This document shows positions 1 to 14,458 of a DNA stretch of 64,000 nt, in pieces. This stretch comes from Proteromonas lacertae (taxonomy: Eukaryota). Each line of letters starts with the position of its first letter. Within the stretch, counting starts at the first letter, position 1. The position numbers were made by a program, and so were the translations under genes. The notes beneath the pieces were generated by a model. The model had not been told where the DNA came from, searched no databases, and saw only the letters and a program-made list of their open reading frames with translations. The stretch spans positions 1-64,000 of the forward strand of contig NGBS01000871.1 in the NCBI GenBank assembly GCA_002245135.1, written 5' to 3'.

Positions 1-3000
1 TGTTATATATAATCGGAATTTTTCATCATAATTCACAGTATTATCACCTAATCTTATACTCTTTGTACCACCACTTTCGATGATTTGTTTTGTTAATATT
101 GGCTCTAATAATGGTTCTAAATATTCAGGAACATTCTCTATCAATAATGGTGAACCAAATTGAATTGCATTTTCTAATGATCTTTGTAAGGTTGAAGCTG
201 ATTGTTTTACTATTTTCAATTGATTTTCATTCTCCATATTTCTAACCCAACGATTAGCTTGGCCTTGTGGATCTATCATTAAAGGCCATCTATTTGAATT
301 TCTTAACATTATACCATTATCAATTGAGAAAGAATCATTTGGCAATTTCCATATTGTCCATTGTCTTATGGCTATTGGATCTCCTAATATAACAACTAAT
401 GAATAAGTTGGGGATTTTGGTATTTCTTTCTCTTCTAATAATTTCAACCAATCAGTTATACATTCACTTCGATATTGTGTTGGGAAACATCCTAAATAAG
501 CAATAATACCACTTGACATTAATATATCACCTACTAAATGATCATAATCTACTTGTAAACTAGCTGAATAATCAGTCCATCGACTTTTTTCACCTCCTAA
601 ACCACCTATCAATCTTTGAGCTCGATCTAATTTCTTCTTACAATCATCTACTTGTTTTTCTAAATCTTCTTTCTTTTTCATTGTGGTTTCTAATTCTTTT
701 TCTAAAGCTTCTACTTGATCAACTAATTCTTTCAATTCAGCTCGTTTAGTGGCTAATTGAGCTTCAGCTTTTGCTTTTGTAGCTTGAGCTTTTTCTAAGG
801 CTTCTCTCTTTGGTGCTATGACTTTCGCAACTACATCATACTTTACTATAGCATGAACCCATTGACATAAACCACCAGCAGCAAATGAAGCAGTATAAAC
901 AGCTTTTGGTTGGAATTTTTCCATTGACAAATAAGGTTTCACTTTATTTATAATTTCAATTGGAATATGATCTTTATCATAATTCAATAATCTCTCCATA
1001 AGATGTGTATCACTTAATACTTGTTTCTGAGCTGGTTCCCAATAATCATCAACTTTCTTACCTGTTGCTGGATTTAATACTCTCTTTGGAGCAACTTTTA
1101 ATAATACACAAACAGCTTCCAATGTAATTTTTACACCATCTGGTGGTTTTTTCATTGATTTCACTTCAATCAAGTGACTTTTTTCAATTGTTTTCAAATG
1201 CATCTAATGCCTTTTCTAAAATAGGTAATGCTTCAGCTAATTCTGCATTACATTCAGCTTCCATTGCTTTGGCTTCATCAGCTTGTTTAGTACAGTCTTT
1301 TTCTTCTACTTCCACTACTTGTTTCTTCTCTTCTGTATCAGCTTGCATTGCTTCAATCTTCGTTAACATAGCATCTGTTTCATCTTGGGCTACTCTTAAC
1401 TGTGGTTGTAAGGCTTTTAATTCTTCTTGCATTTTTGCTACTTGTTCTTGACATTCTAATAATTTACTTAAACCATTATCATAACGAGTTTTCTTGTTAA
1501 TAACTTCTTCTCTTTTATCTACTAACAGTTTCTTAAATGTGTTAATTAATTCTAAATAACTGGTTGGTGTAACATAATAGAATCTTCCTAATTCATCTTT
1601 TAATCTTTTTGTTAAACATGATATTCTCTCTTGCATATCAACACATACTGTAACAATACCAACTTTCACTTGAGCATCAATTTCTACATCTTTCAAGAAA
1701 TGATTAGCAACTGAATGTAAAGCTTCTTCTGGCCATTGTGTGAACCAATCGATTGTACAACAGTTTACAAGTGATGGAAACATTCTTAATCTTGTTCTAA
1801 ATGAATCACCAATTGGTGAAAAGGCTAAAACTACATGTAAATTAGATTTAGATCGATGAATGAAGAAATTATAAACTTCTGCTGGAATACCAGTATTAAA
1901 CACCTGATTTTTGAGCTAATGGAGATATTTCTTCTAGTAATTGAACTTGTTCATCAGTCTCAAATAAATTTGGAACTTCACCAGTGTTTAATATGTTGTT
2001 AATATCTTCAACAAATGTTTCATTAATGATTTGAGTATCACTGAATAAAAATACAACTGGTTTTCCTTCTAAACCACTTATCTTTAATAATCTCTTCAAA
2101 TCTTCTCTCCATTCATTAGTATTGTATGATTTGGATATTTCTATTTTGAATAATTGATAATCAGCTATAAATGCAGCTAAAGTGGCTAAACTCTTTCTTC
2201 CACTACCACCAACACCAACTAATAAAGAATGTCCATTTGGTTGGTTTATAACACGACTAATTCTAGCTACATGTTCTATTGCATTCTTAAATAACACTAA
2301 GGCCATCTTATTAGGATGAGTTTGATTGAAATCTTCTAAGTATTCATCCATTACAACTTCCAATAAATATTGATCTTTGATTTCTTGATAAGGCTTGACT
2401 TCAGCTTGAGGATCCATAAAATTACCATAAATTAATATATCATTTTGTCCTCTAATAGCTTGAATCCAATCTTTAGCGAATTTATCATTACATATCTGAA
2501 CTAATAAATCTTCAAACCATTGTCTATCTTCATCATCTACCAAACGATCTTGGAATACTCTCATACACTCATGTCCCCATAATCTTATCACATCATCACC
2601 TCTTGTTATACTATCTGGAGCACAAATGGAAATACCTTGAATAACTTTAGATAAATCACGAAGGTTGAATGTATAATGTGATTTATTGGGAGTTGGACGT
2701 AATTCTAAACAGATTTTACTATATACATCAATAGATGCATCAACAACAGTTGCAAATAGATTCTTATAACCTGGTGGATATTTATCACATACCCATAACA
2801 TTATATTACCAAATATTCTCTTTAATGAATCTACACTAAATGGAGTTAAACCAATCACATTGAAATGTCTTACATATCTTTGTGTAATAACAGATCTTCC
2901 ACCACCAGGTAAACCCATTGCAGTGATAAATTGTACATCAGCTATTGTACAGAAATCATTCGTCTTTCGATCATACCAACCATGATAGTCCATCCATTGT

Positions 3001-6000
3001 CTTAATAATTCTATTGGAGGTTGTGCACCATATTTCTCTTTAGCTGGCATATTCAAATCATCAACGAATATTATACATGTTTTACCTAATGGAGGTCCTA
3101 ATACACCTTTACGTCTCTTTATTAATTTACCATCAATAATATCTTGTGTCATGTTTGAGGAGGTTTGAGCTGAGAAGTTCATCATTATACACATATAATC
3201 TTCATTCAATCCTTTTAATAATTTATTAGTAATAGAAACTGATTTACCTGTACCAGTATCACCTGTTAGTAATATATGATGTTGTGCATTAATCAACATA
3301 TCAATATAGAAATTAGTTCTCACAGTATCAATTGTTGGCACAATAATTGAATTGAATGTTGCATTTGATTCAATTTCTTCTTCTACAAAGTTTTGTAACC
3401 AACCAACCCAATGTACACCTCTTAAAACAAAGTGGAAATCATAAATAAAACCATCAGGTAGTTTCAAAGTTAAAGATCTTAATAATACTTTATCTTCTTC
3501 AATACCTTCTAAATATTGCGGATTTTTCTTAATAAATATATCCCAAATATCATCTTTTTGAATTAAACCTAAGCAAATATTGTGTAAAACTCTATGGAAG
3601 ATTTGTCTACCTTCATCATTAGTTACTATACCAAAACTCCAAACTAAAGATTCAACTAAGAAACCTTCCAATATCTTCAACAAGTTCTTATTTCCAGCAA
3701 CTTCACCTTCATCAAATTCTTCTAATCTACATGATAATAATCTCAATAATGATGCTGTATATTCTAATGTAGTAATTGGTGTTAATTTCTTACATTCATT
3801 ATGACATATATATAAAAGTGGTGGAATTAGCCAATCGAAATATTTTCTAAATTCTTCTTTGACTTTACTATAATCATCAGGTAAATCTGCAATCCATGAA
3901 TCAACTAAAGCATCCCATCCTAATCTAGATTGTTCCATATACACCATTCCACATCTACTCACTGTAGCTGGTGATGCTTCTTTCAAATCTTCTACTTCAA
4001 ATACCATAGTCATTCTTGGTGTCATTTTAATAACTTCACCACTGTTTAAACATAATTTCTTATTATCATCTAACACAGTATTCATATTTTCAATCCAAAC
4101 TGCATCTACTGGACCATCAAATACTATCCAAAATCTATCAGTACTTGTATCTCTACACGAATTTCTAAACTTTACAGCTAATACACCATCAGTCCATTCA
4201 TTTGTATTTTCATCAAATTTACCATACAATTGTCCTTGTGTGATTGATTTAGGATTCATTGTAATAATTCTAACTTTTGTATAAGGACCAACACCATTAT
4301 TATCGCCTAATGCAGCAGCTAATATTCTCATAACCTTTGTTTTACCACAACCAGTTTCACCAACCAACATCAAACCATGTCGAACTACCACAGTTTCCCA
4401 TAATTGAATAATAGATGTTTTAAATGATGGTTTTGGTTGTAAATTATTCTTTTCACATTCTTCATCTATTGAAGTAATCAAAGATCCATAATCTGGTTCT
4501 GGAGCTTTTATACCAGGGAATAAATCTGATATAATACCTAAGAACAATGGAATATCATTATTAGTGAATTTTGGTAAGTTTACATCCACAATAGCAGATA
4601 ATACAATCAAATCTTCACTCCAATCTCTTTCTTGTCGTAAATTACCTGCTCTTACTAAGATTGAAAACACCGCTCTCATACCATAATCATAATGCTTTTG
4701 ACTAGATAATTGTTCAGAACATAATCTCAATACTTGAGTTAGTTTTCTTGCCATATTTCTAGCATCTTCAAAACCAAAGGAATATAGTTTAATTTCAGCA
4801 ATCATTGCATAATCAGGAACCATCATAGCGCAATCTCTAAATAGTGCTTTTAAATTATCAGGTAATTCTGATCTACCAGCATAACCGGGATTCATTGTAA
4901 TGAATGAATTACAATCTGGATTTAATGGAATATTTGTTCCTTCAAATATAAATCTAGCAACTCTTGCTCTTTTGGCTTTTAAGATTGTTAATAATTGTTG
5001 AGCAATCACAGACAACACTTCTAATTCAATTCTATTAAATTCATCAAAACAAGCCCAAGCACCAGAAGCAGCTAAACCCTTAAAGAACTTAGCCATAGCT
5101 TTATAATCTAAACCATCAGAACAATTAAACACAACACATTGGAATGCAACAGCTTTACTCAGATCTTTCACTGTTTCAGTCTTACCTGTACCAGCAGGAC
5201 CAGCTGGAGCACCACCATAATCTAAAGATACAGCTCCCATCATTGTTCTATAACATCTATCAGTTAATGGAGTAATTACCAATCTTGTACTATTACCTAA
5301 GTATTCATATCCATACATAACAGATGCATTCACTATTCTGGCAATCATATTATGTGGATCTTCACCATAACGATTATAATCATCTTTCTTTTCTTCCCAA
5401 TAATAACGTAATTGTGCCATCCAACCAAAATCATCTTCACATTCTACATTTTGTTTGATCATATCAACTACAACATCTCTTGCATGGACATCAATGACTG
5501 TTAAAGCACCTAAACTGATTCTTGCCATGTTTGTCAAATCACCTCGAACTAGTTTGACTATATCACCTAATTGTTTGTTTAATTTTTGTACATAATTCTG
5601 TAATGAACTTTTTTGTCCAACTAATAATGCTTGAGTTACTTCTTGAGTCCAAACTAATTGATTTACACATAATACCACTTGACCAGGCCAAGATAACACC
5701 CATTTAGTTCTTGTAGTTGTAGTATAAGCAACTGAAGCTTTCTTTATAATATCTTTAATAGTTAATCTCATAGATGCTTCTAATAATAATAACCATTCTT
5801 CTACATTACCTTTACATTGACCTTCATTTGGATCTACTGGTTCTATTAACTCTACTCTTTCACCTTCTGAACTTAACATTGATGTAATTGTTAAATCATC
5901 TTCTTTACCACCATCATCACAATGGAATATAACGTGATTCATACCTTCAAAACATTTACCTAAATGAGGTTGAACTGCTTTTGGATCTTTTGTTTGTGAT

Positions 6001-9000
6001 AAGATTTCTAATAATCCATCATTCGATAAGAAGAAAAATCTTGGAAATTTCAATCTCTTCAACTCCAAATAATCATTCAAACCAGTTTGAATAACTTCTA
6101 ATAGATTATTAGCACCTTTGAATTTATCTAATAATTTTTCTCTTGATGCAATATCCATTACTTTTGGATTAGCATAAGCTTCACTCATTGTAGATCTCCA
6201 TAATGAATCAACAGCAGCAAATCTTCTACCTTCATTTGGCATTTGTCTCATTATATCTTCACTACCAAATATTGGCTCTAAATACATCCAAGTTCTTTGA
6301 CAAGCCAACCATTCATCAATCAATGTTTGTGCATAAATTAATTTTCCTTTCCCAATTCTTAGCATCACTCTTCAATGCAGCTATATATGGACTTCCCATC
6401 ATTGTTTGTGTCTTAACAATATGATCATCTAATAATGTCATAATATCTTCAACTCCTTTAATAATAAAAGTACCTGTATTTCTATATTCACTACATTCAA
6501 ACTTTATATCATCCCATTCTTTCATCATTTGATTTAATGCTTTTTCTAATGAATATTCTTTCTCAGCAACTACTGTAATTTCTTGAACTTTCTCCCAGTG
6601 ATCCATTATTCCTTTATCTAACAGTTGTTGAAGTGTAATTTCTTCTTCATTTGGATCTAAATGGAAGTTTGGATCTCCTAATTCTTCAGATAATTTCACC
6701 CAATGACGATCTTTTAATGATTTACTAGTAATTGCACTGATTAAGGGAATATAGATCTTAAATGCATCAGTTTCTTCTCTCAACTTTTTAGCAATTTCTG
6801 CAGCAGTTGGATAATCTTTTTCAAGCTTTTTAGCAAGTTTATAAGATTGAGTCCACCAATCATTAACTTTTGTTTCAATTTCTTTAGCAGGTAATGGATA
6901 AAATGGACTTTGTAACCATCCATCTCTATCACTCTTAAATTCATAAGCCATTGTCCATAGCTTTAAATGTGGTTCAAATAACTCAATAGCATGTTGAATC
7001 TCTTCATAGTGTGTTCTTTCAACTTCAAATATATCTTCTCTTCTGTTAATATCAACGACTTTTTCTAAAGCTTTCTTTAATCTTTCATCTAAATTGAAGA
7101 TCTTTAGTGCAATATCATCAGTTTTATCCCAATCACCACAATCAAAGAAACTTCGAACTTCTATATCAAAGTTACCAACTTCTACTGCAAAATCATCTTT
7201 ATCTTTCTCCAATTGTTCCATCATCTTTGTACGACGTTTGTTCAATTTTGTGATTGAACTTTGTGCTTGTTCTCTCAACATTTTTGGCCATAATAAAACG
7301 CTATAAGATAATGCAAAATCAGAATGTTGTAAATCGAATAAGAATTCTTCCATTGCTCTTACACAAGTTAATGTTTTAAATACTTCAGATTCTATTGATG
7401 TTATATTATTTTCTAATGAATTAATATCATCTTTTACTCTCTTTAATTCTTCTTCGTTTGTTGGTCTAAATGATATTTGATTCATCATTGTTTGATATCT
7501 TTCATTTACACTTGTTAAATGATTTCTACAATGTGTTAAAATAGTATTAATAATATGATTCTTTTTATTTATAAATATATTTGAATAATATTCTTTCACT
7601 TGAGTTGCATTTATTTCCAACAAACCAAATAATTCAATATCAAAAGTTTCACTAATTATATTATTCTGAGCAAAACATATTCTTCTTAATTCTTCTTGAT
7701 ATTCAACTAATTGTTCAACACCTTCAAATTCAGGTAATTTATTGTAAGCTGGATTCATAGCAGCATCTGCATAGATAGAATATCTATCACAGAATGAATG
7801 AGGACCAACACAACCTGTTTCAACAATATCTCTTACTAAATCATAAGCATCATTTATAAAATCTTCTAAATCAGTGAAATGAGTGTTATTACTACCTATA
7901 TCTATTAATAATCGAGTGGGTACTTGGATTAAATGCATAAATTTAGCTTCTAAACATGTAAATCCTTTACATAAAGTAATCATATTACCCATAATATCAG
8001 ATAAACAAGATATTAAAGTTTCCATTGAATTTTCTAATACTACACTAGTTTGGTTTGGTATTAAATTGTCTTTAATAAAACACTTTTGCCATGAACCGGA
8101 TGTAGTATCTTCAGGAGGACGAACATAGAAGAATTCAGATGGTTTATAACACTCTGGTTCAGGTAATTCAACTACTTCTTCAACTACTTCATTCTTCTTA
8201 TTTTCATCATCATCTTCTTCTTGACCGAAATCATCCATTATTTCTTGTTGTTGTTGTTGTTTCTGTTTCTTTTTTCCTTTCTTATTGGCTTCTTCTTCTG
8301 CTTTTTTTCTTTCTTCTTCTTCTTTTCTTAATCTTTCTTCTTCTTCAGCTTTCTTTCTTCTTTCTACTTCTTCTTGTTCATCTCTCCATTTCTTATATAA
8401 TGGATTCTTTTTAAAGTATTTATCTTCGCAATAATCTTTAACACAATTGGTTGGAATTGGTTTATATTTAGATAATTGATTTAAAAATAAATTTATACTA
8501 TCCATCAATAATTGTCTTATTTCATCAGATATTTCTGCATCGATTAAATGTAATAATTTCTCCAATTCTGAACCATCATACAACTCCTGTTGTGTAATAT
8601 AAAAATCATAGAAATCTTGAAACACATCTTGCACATTCTCATATACTGATGTATACCATTTCGTATTTAATTTATCTATCAATTCATTACATACTTTCTT
8701 CTCATATTTTACATATTCATGGAGATCTAATGGTAAAGGCATATTCTCTAATTTATCATCATATAATAATTTACCTCCTAATACATCAGTCCACATATTA
8801 CGAAGTTTTCTAAATAGTTTCATAAATTCAAACTTAGTTATTGGACTTTCAGTAATTGTATTAGTTCTATCTTCAAATTCATATTCATCCACATGTATCT
8901 TACCAAAATAAGGTTGTGGTTCAGGTGGAGGAATAGCAGGGAATCCCATATTATAGTATTGTTGATGTAAATTCAAATTTTGTTTCATTTGAACTCTTAA

Positions 9001-9984
9001 AGATACATTTCTCATTGTATCATCATAGTCTCTCTTTATTTCTACTCCTAAATCAACTAATGATCTTTTATTTGGATTGGCTAAAGCAGGTACACATACT
9101 ACTTTATCATACATATTATCTAACCAATCAGGATCTAAAGGAGCCATTGCTGGAACACAGTTTTCTAAATAATAACTGAATCTACATCTTTGTTTAAATG
9201 CTTCTCTTCTATTCATTGCACCTCTTACTCTGTGTCTGAACGCTTGTTCATCTTCATCATCAAATACTAAATTCAGACGTGTAATATCTCTTGTTGGTAT
9301 ATTTGGTAATTCTGGAAATTCACAATGATATCGTTTGGTTTGTTCATTGTAACTTAATATATTGCATCTCATCCATTTCCATCCTCCTACACCATACATT
9401 GGAGATTTACCAGTATTACAGTGTTCTATCCATTCTGCTGGACCATATGGTTCTTCATTGTCATCATCAAATTCTTCTAAAGGTGGAAGTTTAGATGTAT
9501 CTATTTTTAAATAAGTTTCATCATAAACTGGAGGATTCCAATCTATGAGTGATGGTTGTTCATCGAATAAAACGGATCTTTGTGTAATATCAAATGCTTT
9601 GGGTGATGGTGGACTGGGTGGTTCATTATTATCTTCATAATCAAAATGAATTGGAGAGTAATTTCTTATTTGACTATGTTCATTTACTGGAAATGGAATG
9701 ACTCCTGGGTCTCTGAGTGGAGTTTTGAAGTGTACTTCTTGTTTTATGTATTGTATAGGTATATTTGAAGCACTTACAGAATGACTCATCACTTTATTCT
9801 CTTTTGTTGAGGATAATGATGTGGTAAAAGATGGAGATGATGGCATTGTAGTTATAGTCTTGGCAAATCTTCGGGAGGTGTTGGTTTTCTTTTTTGACCA
9901 TTCTGGTAAAGGAATTGGTTTATATAACTCTCTAACATTTACCTCTTTTGAAGAGTCGAAATTATATGATTTAAACATAGCCAT
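1..9984 (-). CDS. Axonemal inner-arm dynein heavy chain, DNAH1-like; 3' end runs off the window; three 1-nt frameshifts (~6343, ~1899, ~1197); no introns seen
   Basis: P-loops GPAGTGKT, GETGCGKT, GDTGTGKS, GVGGSGRKS; motifs CFDEFNRI, QKHYDYGMR, HYTFNLRD; stalk/MTBD (SMKKPPDGV...DYWEPAQ) and AAA5 (RWPLMIDPQGQANRW) read in 1-1190; N-terminal PPLEEFDD...EWI and RLNLVFDDED resemble DNAH1-class chains. Confidence 0.93.
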
Positions 9985-10045
9985 TACAAGATATATTCAA
10001 ATCAAAACGAAAATAACGAAACAATTTCAAGCTTTTTTCAAGTTT

Positions 10046-10052
10046 GGCTTGA
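10046..10052. promoter_or_regulatory. Candidate promoter motif GGCTTGA/TCAAGCC; also at 11792, 15744, 30073, 39956, 61397
   Basis: Exact GC-rich 7-mer about 25-70 nt upstream of a start codon in six AT-rich 5' intergenic regions. Confidence 0.5.
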
Positions 10053-10217
10053 TTATTTTTAAATTCCTCATATCTCATAATTACGATTATATTTGTTGTT
10101 TTAATATCAATCTTTATATTGTTCACTTTATTTTATAGTTGATATGAAGAAATTATAGAGAATTAAAACAAATTATAAAAATAACAGCAATATATAGATT
10201 TATAAACTATAATAATA

Positions 10218-11737
10218 CTATAATCTACTCACAATATTCCTTTTTAATACAACTATCTCATTCAAATCTTCTTCTAATGAACTTAATTCATCACATATGA
10301 AAAACTTCGAATATAAAAACTCTACCACCATTACAATTGGTAAAATTAAATTTACCAACAATTTTAAGTATAATGGCATATCATAATTGATTCTTACTGA
10401 TAAACTTAGTATTAATAACAAGCAAAAGAAGCTTCTAAGATAATGCAAACCTTTCGTTTGTTCATCTTCAGCTATTCCCTAAATAAAACAATTATTAAAT
10501 ATATTAAAAATAATAGTACTTCTTTCAATATGTGAATGGATTCATCCATTAAATCTATAAGTTTTGTTTTATCTTCAATCTTCATATCATTCAATTCATC
10601 TTCGATATTCTTATTATCAATTTCTATTTGATTATTATTATCACCATTATCATTCAATTCAAATTCACTACTAACACCAAAATGATCTGAAACTGAATAT
10701 TTTCCATTATAACTACTGAACTTCTCCACTTTGCTTGATTTTAACTTCCATGTTGAATTTCTACTTTCATTATCCTATTACAAAAATGAGTATATAAATT
10801 CTCTTTTGAAAAAAAATATTTAAATATATTTCTACTTTTTCTTTAATATTATTCAGATAATAAATATAATCAATTCTTTGAGGTCTATCCACATAACAAT
10901 TATCTTTTGAACCAACTGTTATTCCTTCATTGTAAGGTTTATCTATTCAAAAATAAAATAAATATGATTAATACTTGGATTCATTTCTAACCAACTATCT
11001 TTAATTCCAACAATCATATACTTCAATAATAAACTATTCAATTCATTAGGATAACTATTCAAATCTCCACCAATAACAACTAATTCATTCTTTTTACTAT
11101 TTTCAATGAATTTACATAACTCGAAGGCTTGACTCATTCTACAACACAAATAATCACTTCTATCACTTTTATAAGATGCTTGTGGATGTGTACAATATAA
11201 ATCAATTTGTTGATTTTTATTAATTTGGATTCTTAATAATCCACAACCTTTACTGCCATAATAATCAGCATGATGAATCATATATGGATTTCCATTCACT
11301 GTATAACGCTTATAAAGACTTTCAACAATTGGAAAACGAGATAATACCAATATACCACTTCCATGGATTAAAGGCCACATGACAAAACCAATCCCTGGTC
11401 TGAAATAATGATAGTATTTAATGTTTACTTCTTCAGCAGCTTTTATTAGAATATCTTGCTCTCTTTTACACCATAATTCTACAATTATTATAATATCATA
11501 TTGATTTGTTTTAATTGTTTCTGCAAATCCTTTTACTCTTTCTGTTAAATCTGGTGCTATTACTGGTAATCCCCACATATTTTGAACTAATATTCTAAAA
11601 TTATTAACATTTTTCAATTCTTCATCATTATTCTGAATTAATGGGTTAATGGATGTTGTAGTAGAGGTGTAAATAAGATCTCTAGGAAATCTAAACGGGA
11701 ACTCCTTCAATATTTTTGATATACTAATCTTACTCAT
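10218..11737 (-). CDS. Neutral sphingomyelinase (SMPD2/ISC1-like EEP phosphodiesterase), 4 exons, C-terminal hydrophobic segments
   Basis: QNMWG, ELW, GSGILVLSRFPI, GGDLN, RIDYI, SDHFGV motifs joined through GT-AG introns. Confidence 0.85.
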
Positions 11738-11890
11738 TAATCATATGTCGTGTATAAACTGAAAATATAAAAAAGGTTTCAAGCTTTTGAATCAAGCCGT
11801 TTTTTCAATTGATTGTGTTTATCTCGTTGTAAACACAGTCTCTATTTTCGTTATTTACAATTCATTCAATAATTTACATTATTTATAAAA

Positions 11891-13339
11891 ATGGAAAGAA
11901 AATTTAAAGCTGAATCCAAGATGGTGGTATATTTTCAACTGATTAATTCAATTTAATAGCTTACTCCATCATTGATAAAGAAATTTTATAATTCAGTATA
12001 ATTGTACATTACTATTTTTTAGATGAGCAATACTTCTCTATTTTCATCTAAAACATCAAAAGAATCTCTAATTTATAAATCATCTGAACAATATTTTTCT
12101 GGACGACCATTACTGGAAGAACTAAGTGAAGAAGACGACAAAATAGTCCCACCAACAAAAGTAGTTCAATTTATGAAAGATCCAGAGTTTCGTAGTTGCT
12201 TGTGGTGTTATATAATAAATGAAATTCCAGAAATATTAGATCGTGATACAGAAATTGATCCTTACATATATGAATTATGTAAATATGGAATTCCACCCAA
12301 ATACCGTCATGACGCATGGTTACGATTAACAGGTGCCAATAAAATAATGAGTGATGGATATTATCAAAAAATACTAAGCATTCCAAGTGATAAAGATAAA
12401 CAATATTTACCTATTATCAATGCAGATATACCTCGAACAATACCAGCAATTAGCTGGAATAGTGACGAATTAAATCAAATTAGAAATATATTATTAGTTT
12501 ATTCACGTCATAATCCTGAATTAGGTTATTGTCAAGGGTTAAACTCAATAGTAGTGAATTTATTGTATTATCTCAGCGAAGAAGAATCATTTTGGGTATT
12601 ATGTCAAATTGTCAATATTTTACTACCAAGTGACTATTATACCACACTTATAGGTGCATTAACCAATCAAAAAGTGTTAGGTTGTTTGTTATATAATAGT
12701 TGTAATCAATTAACTAATATGTTAAAAGAATGGGGTTATAATACTCATGATTTAACTGTAGTATCTTTAAGTTGGTTTGTAACATTATTTTCATATCCTT
12801 TTAGCCAAGAATTAACCAGTAGAATTTGGGATGTATTCTTCATAGAAGGTGGTTATATATTGTTATTTATTGGATTGGCATTTTTTAAAATTCAGAATAA
12901 ATCATTATGTTTTGTTAAGACTTATGGTGAAGCTTTAGGTTTAGTAGAATCTACACCAAATAATGATTATGATATAACTGAACTATTGAATATAGCAGAA
13001 GATGAATATAATTCTATTTCCTCTACAGTGATAGAGAATTTAATAAGTTATCATCGAAGTAAAATAAATGGAGGTGAAGGAATAGGAAGTGTAGAAGGAG
13101 GAGGAGGTGGTGATAGAAGTAGTAGTGTTAAAATTGAGGATGATAGCAATACTGAATGTTATTGTTATAATAAAGAAGGATATATTCCTTATCCTGTAGA
13201 TGTGGAAGGTAAAGTATATTTAGATAGTAGTATTAATATTATTGATGAATATTATACAATTCATACGAAATACAGTTCAATGAATCTGTTGTTGAAAGAG
13301 AATTCTGAAGATGATGGAATTATAGAAACTTCTAGATGA
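11891..13339 (+). CDS. TBC-domain Rab GTPase-activating protein, 3 exons
   Basis: GIPPKYRHDAW, INADIPRT, GYCQGLN, SRIWDVFF; 33- and 27-nt GT-AG introns join ATG 11891 in frame to the ORF at 12023. Confidence 0.88.
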
Positions 13340-13737
13340 ATAGAAAGATGATCCAACTGCTGTTCGAGAGTGTAAATAATTAATTTATGAGAAATAAAAT
13401 ATAATAAAAGCTTTATATTTATATAAAAAAACAATAAACATAAAATAGGTTTGAATTATGGTTCGATTCAAAATTATTATTTTCATTTTTCTCTTTATTT
13501 ATACCAACATTTCTTTATTCAATAAAAATATGGTTTTATAACATGTCAATACTTATATATATTATATTACAACTATAATATTTTCTGAGATTTATTATTA
13601 ATGGTTATTAGTTGTCCGCCATGGCTTTTTATTCCAATATCATGAATATATGTTGATAATATAAACAATTAATACTCATTTATATGAATTAACCTATCAG
13701 ATCCTTTTTTATTAGCACAAAATTCATTGTTTCAAAA

Positions 13738-14445
13738 ATGAAGAGAAAAGAAGTACCAATCGCATTTTCTATGAATATAAATCAAAAATCTGTGCTAACT
13801 AAGTGTAATACAACTGTAAATGAGGTATAGTTGCAATTTACAACGAATCTAGACATCAATGGCTGAAAGTAAGAGATGTAAAGCTGATAAAGATATTTCT
13901 GACAATTGCAATGGTACAGAGAATCTAGATACAGAATTTGATATATCAACTAAGACTATTTCTGAAATTGCTCAGTATTTATACGACAGAATGGAAGAGA
14001 GACATAAATCTCATCATAAACAAATGGAAGACGCAGTTGATGGTATGTAATAATTCTATATTTCAGACTTTTCCAACAAAATTGTTAAAATATGTGAAGA
14101 ATATTTCAACAGGTATACGCAGTTATTGGAAGAGGACAAACAAGCATATCAAAAGGATATTATCATGTAGAATCATATTATTATCATAACATTTAGTTTT
14201 CAAAACTTCATTCCTAATATACTGAGTGAAGAAGAAGAGTTATTATCGTTGAAAGAATTAGTGGAAGGTTTTGTGTCACGTATTGGAAGATGCATATCTT
14301 TTTATTATTATTATTTGAGTTATAAAATTATAATTCTTAATATGTGATTTACAGAAGAAGTATTCCTAGTGCAAATTGTCAAGATGCATCTGTACCAGAT
14401 AATCAAGATGAAACACAATCTTCCCAACAACAAGAAAATAATTAA
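13738..14445 (+). CDS. Hypothetical protein, 5 exons (three GT-AG introns and one AT-AC intron)
   Basis: Continuous frame MKRKEVPIAF...MAESKRCK...FVSRIGRC|RRSIPSAN...QQENN* after removing the introns; no family recognised. Confidence 0.6.
14294..14352 (+). other. U12-type AT-AC intron (59 nt)
   Basis: 5' ATATCTTTTTA, branch-like TTCTTAAT ~12 nt from the 3' end, ends TAC; removal is in frame (TGC|AGA). Confidence 0.72.
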
Positions 14446-14458
14446 AGAATAATTATTC

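Noticed and set aside
1896..1903. Euplotes-style programmed +1 frameshift at a stop codon (GTT TAA)
   Set aside because: Only this site abuts a stop. At ~6343, ~1197 and ~16889 protein conservation places the shift several codons before the stop, and there is no shared motif.
13340..13737. Larger-than-usual spacer that might hide a small gene or ncRNA (also 38311-38784 and 43561-43939)
   Set aside because: No convincing spliced ORF, tRNA, snRNA or snoRNA signature could be supported by eye.
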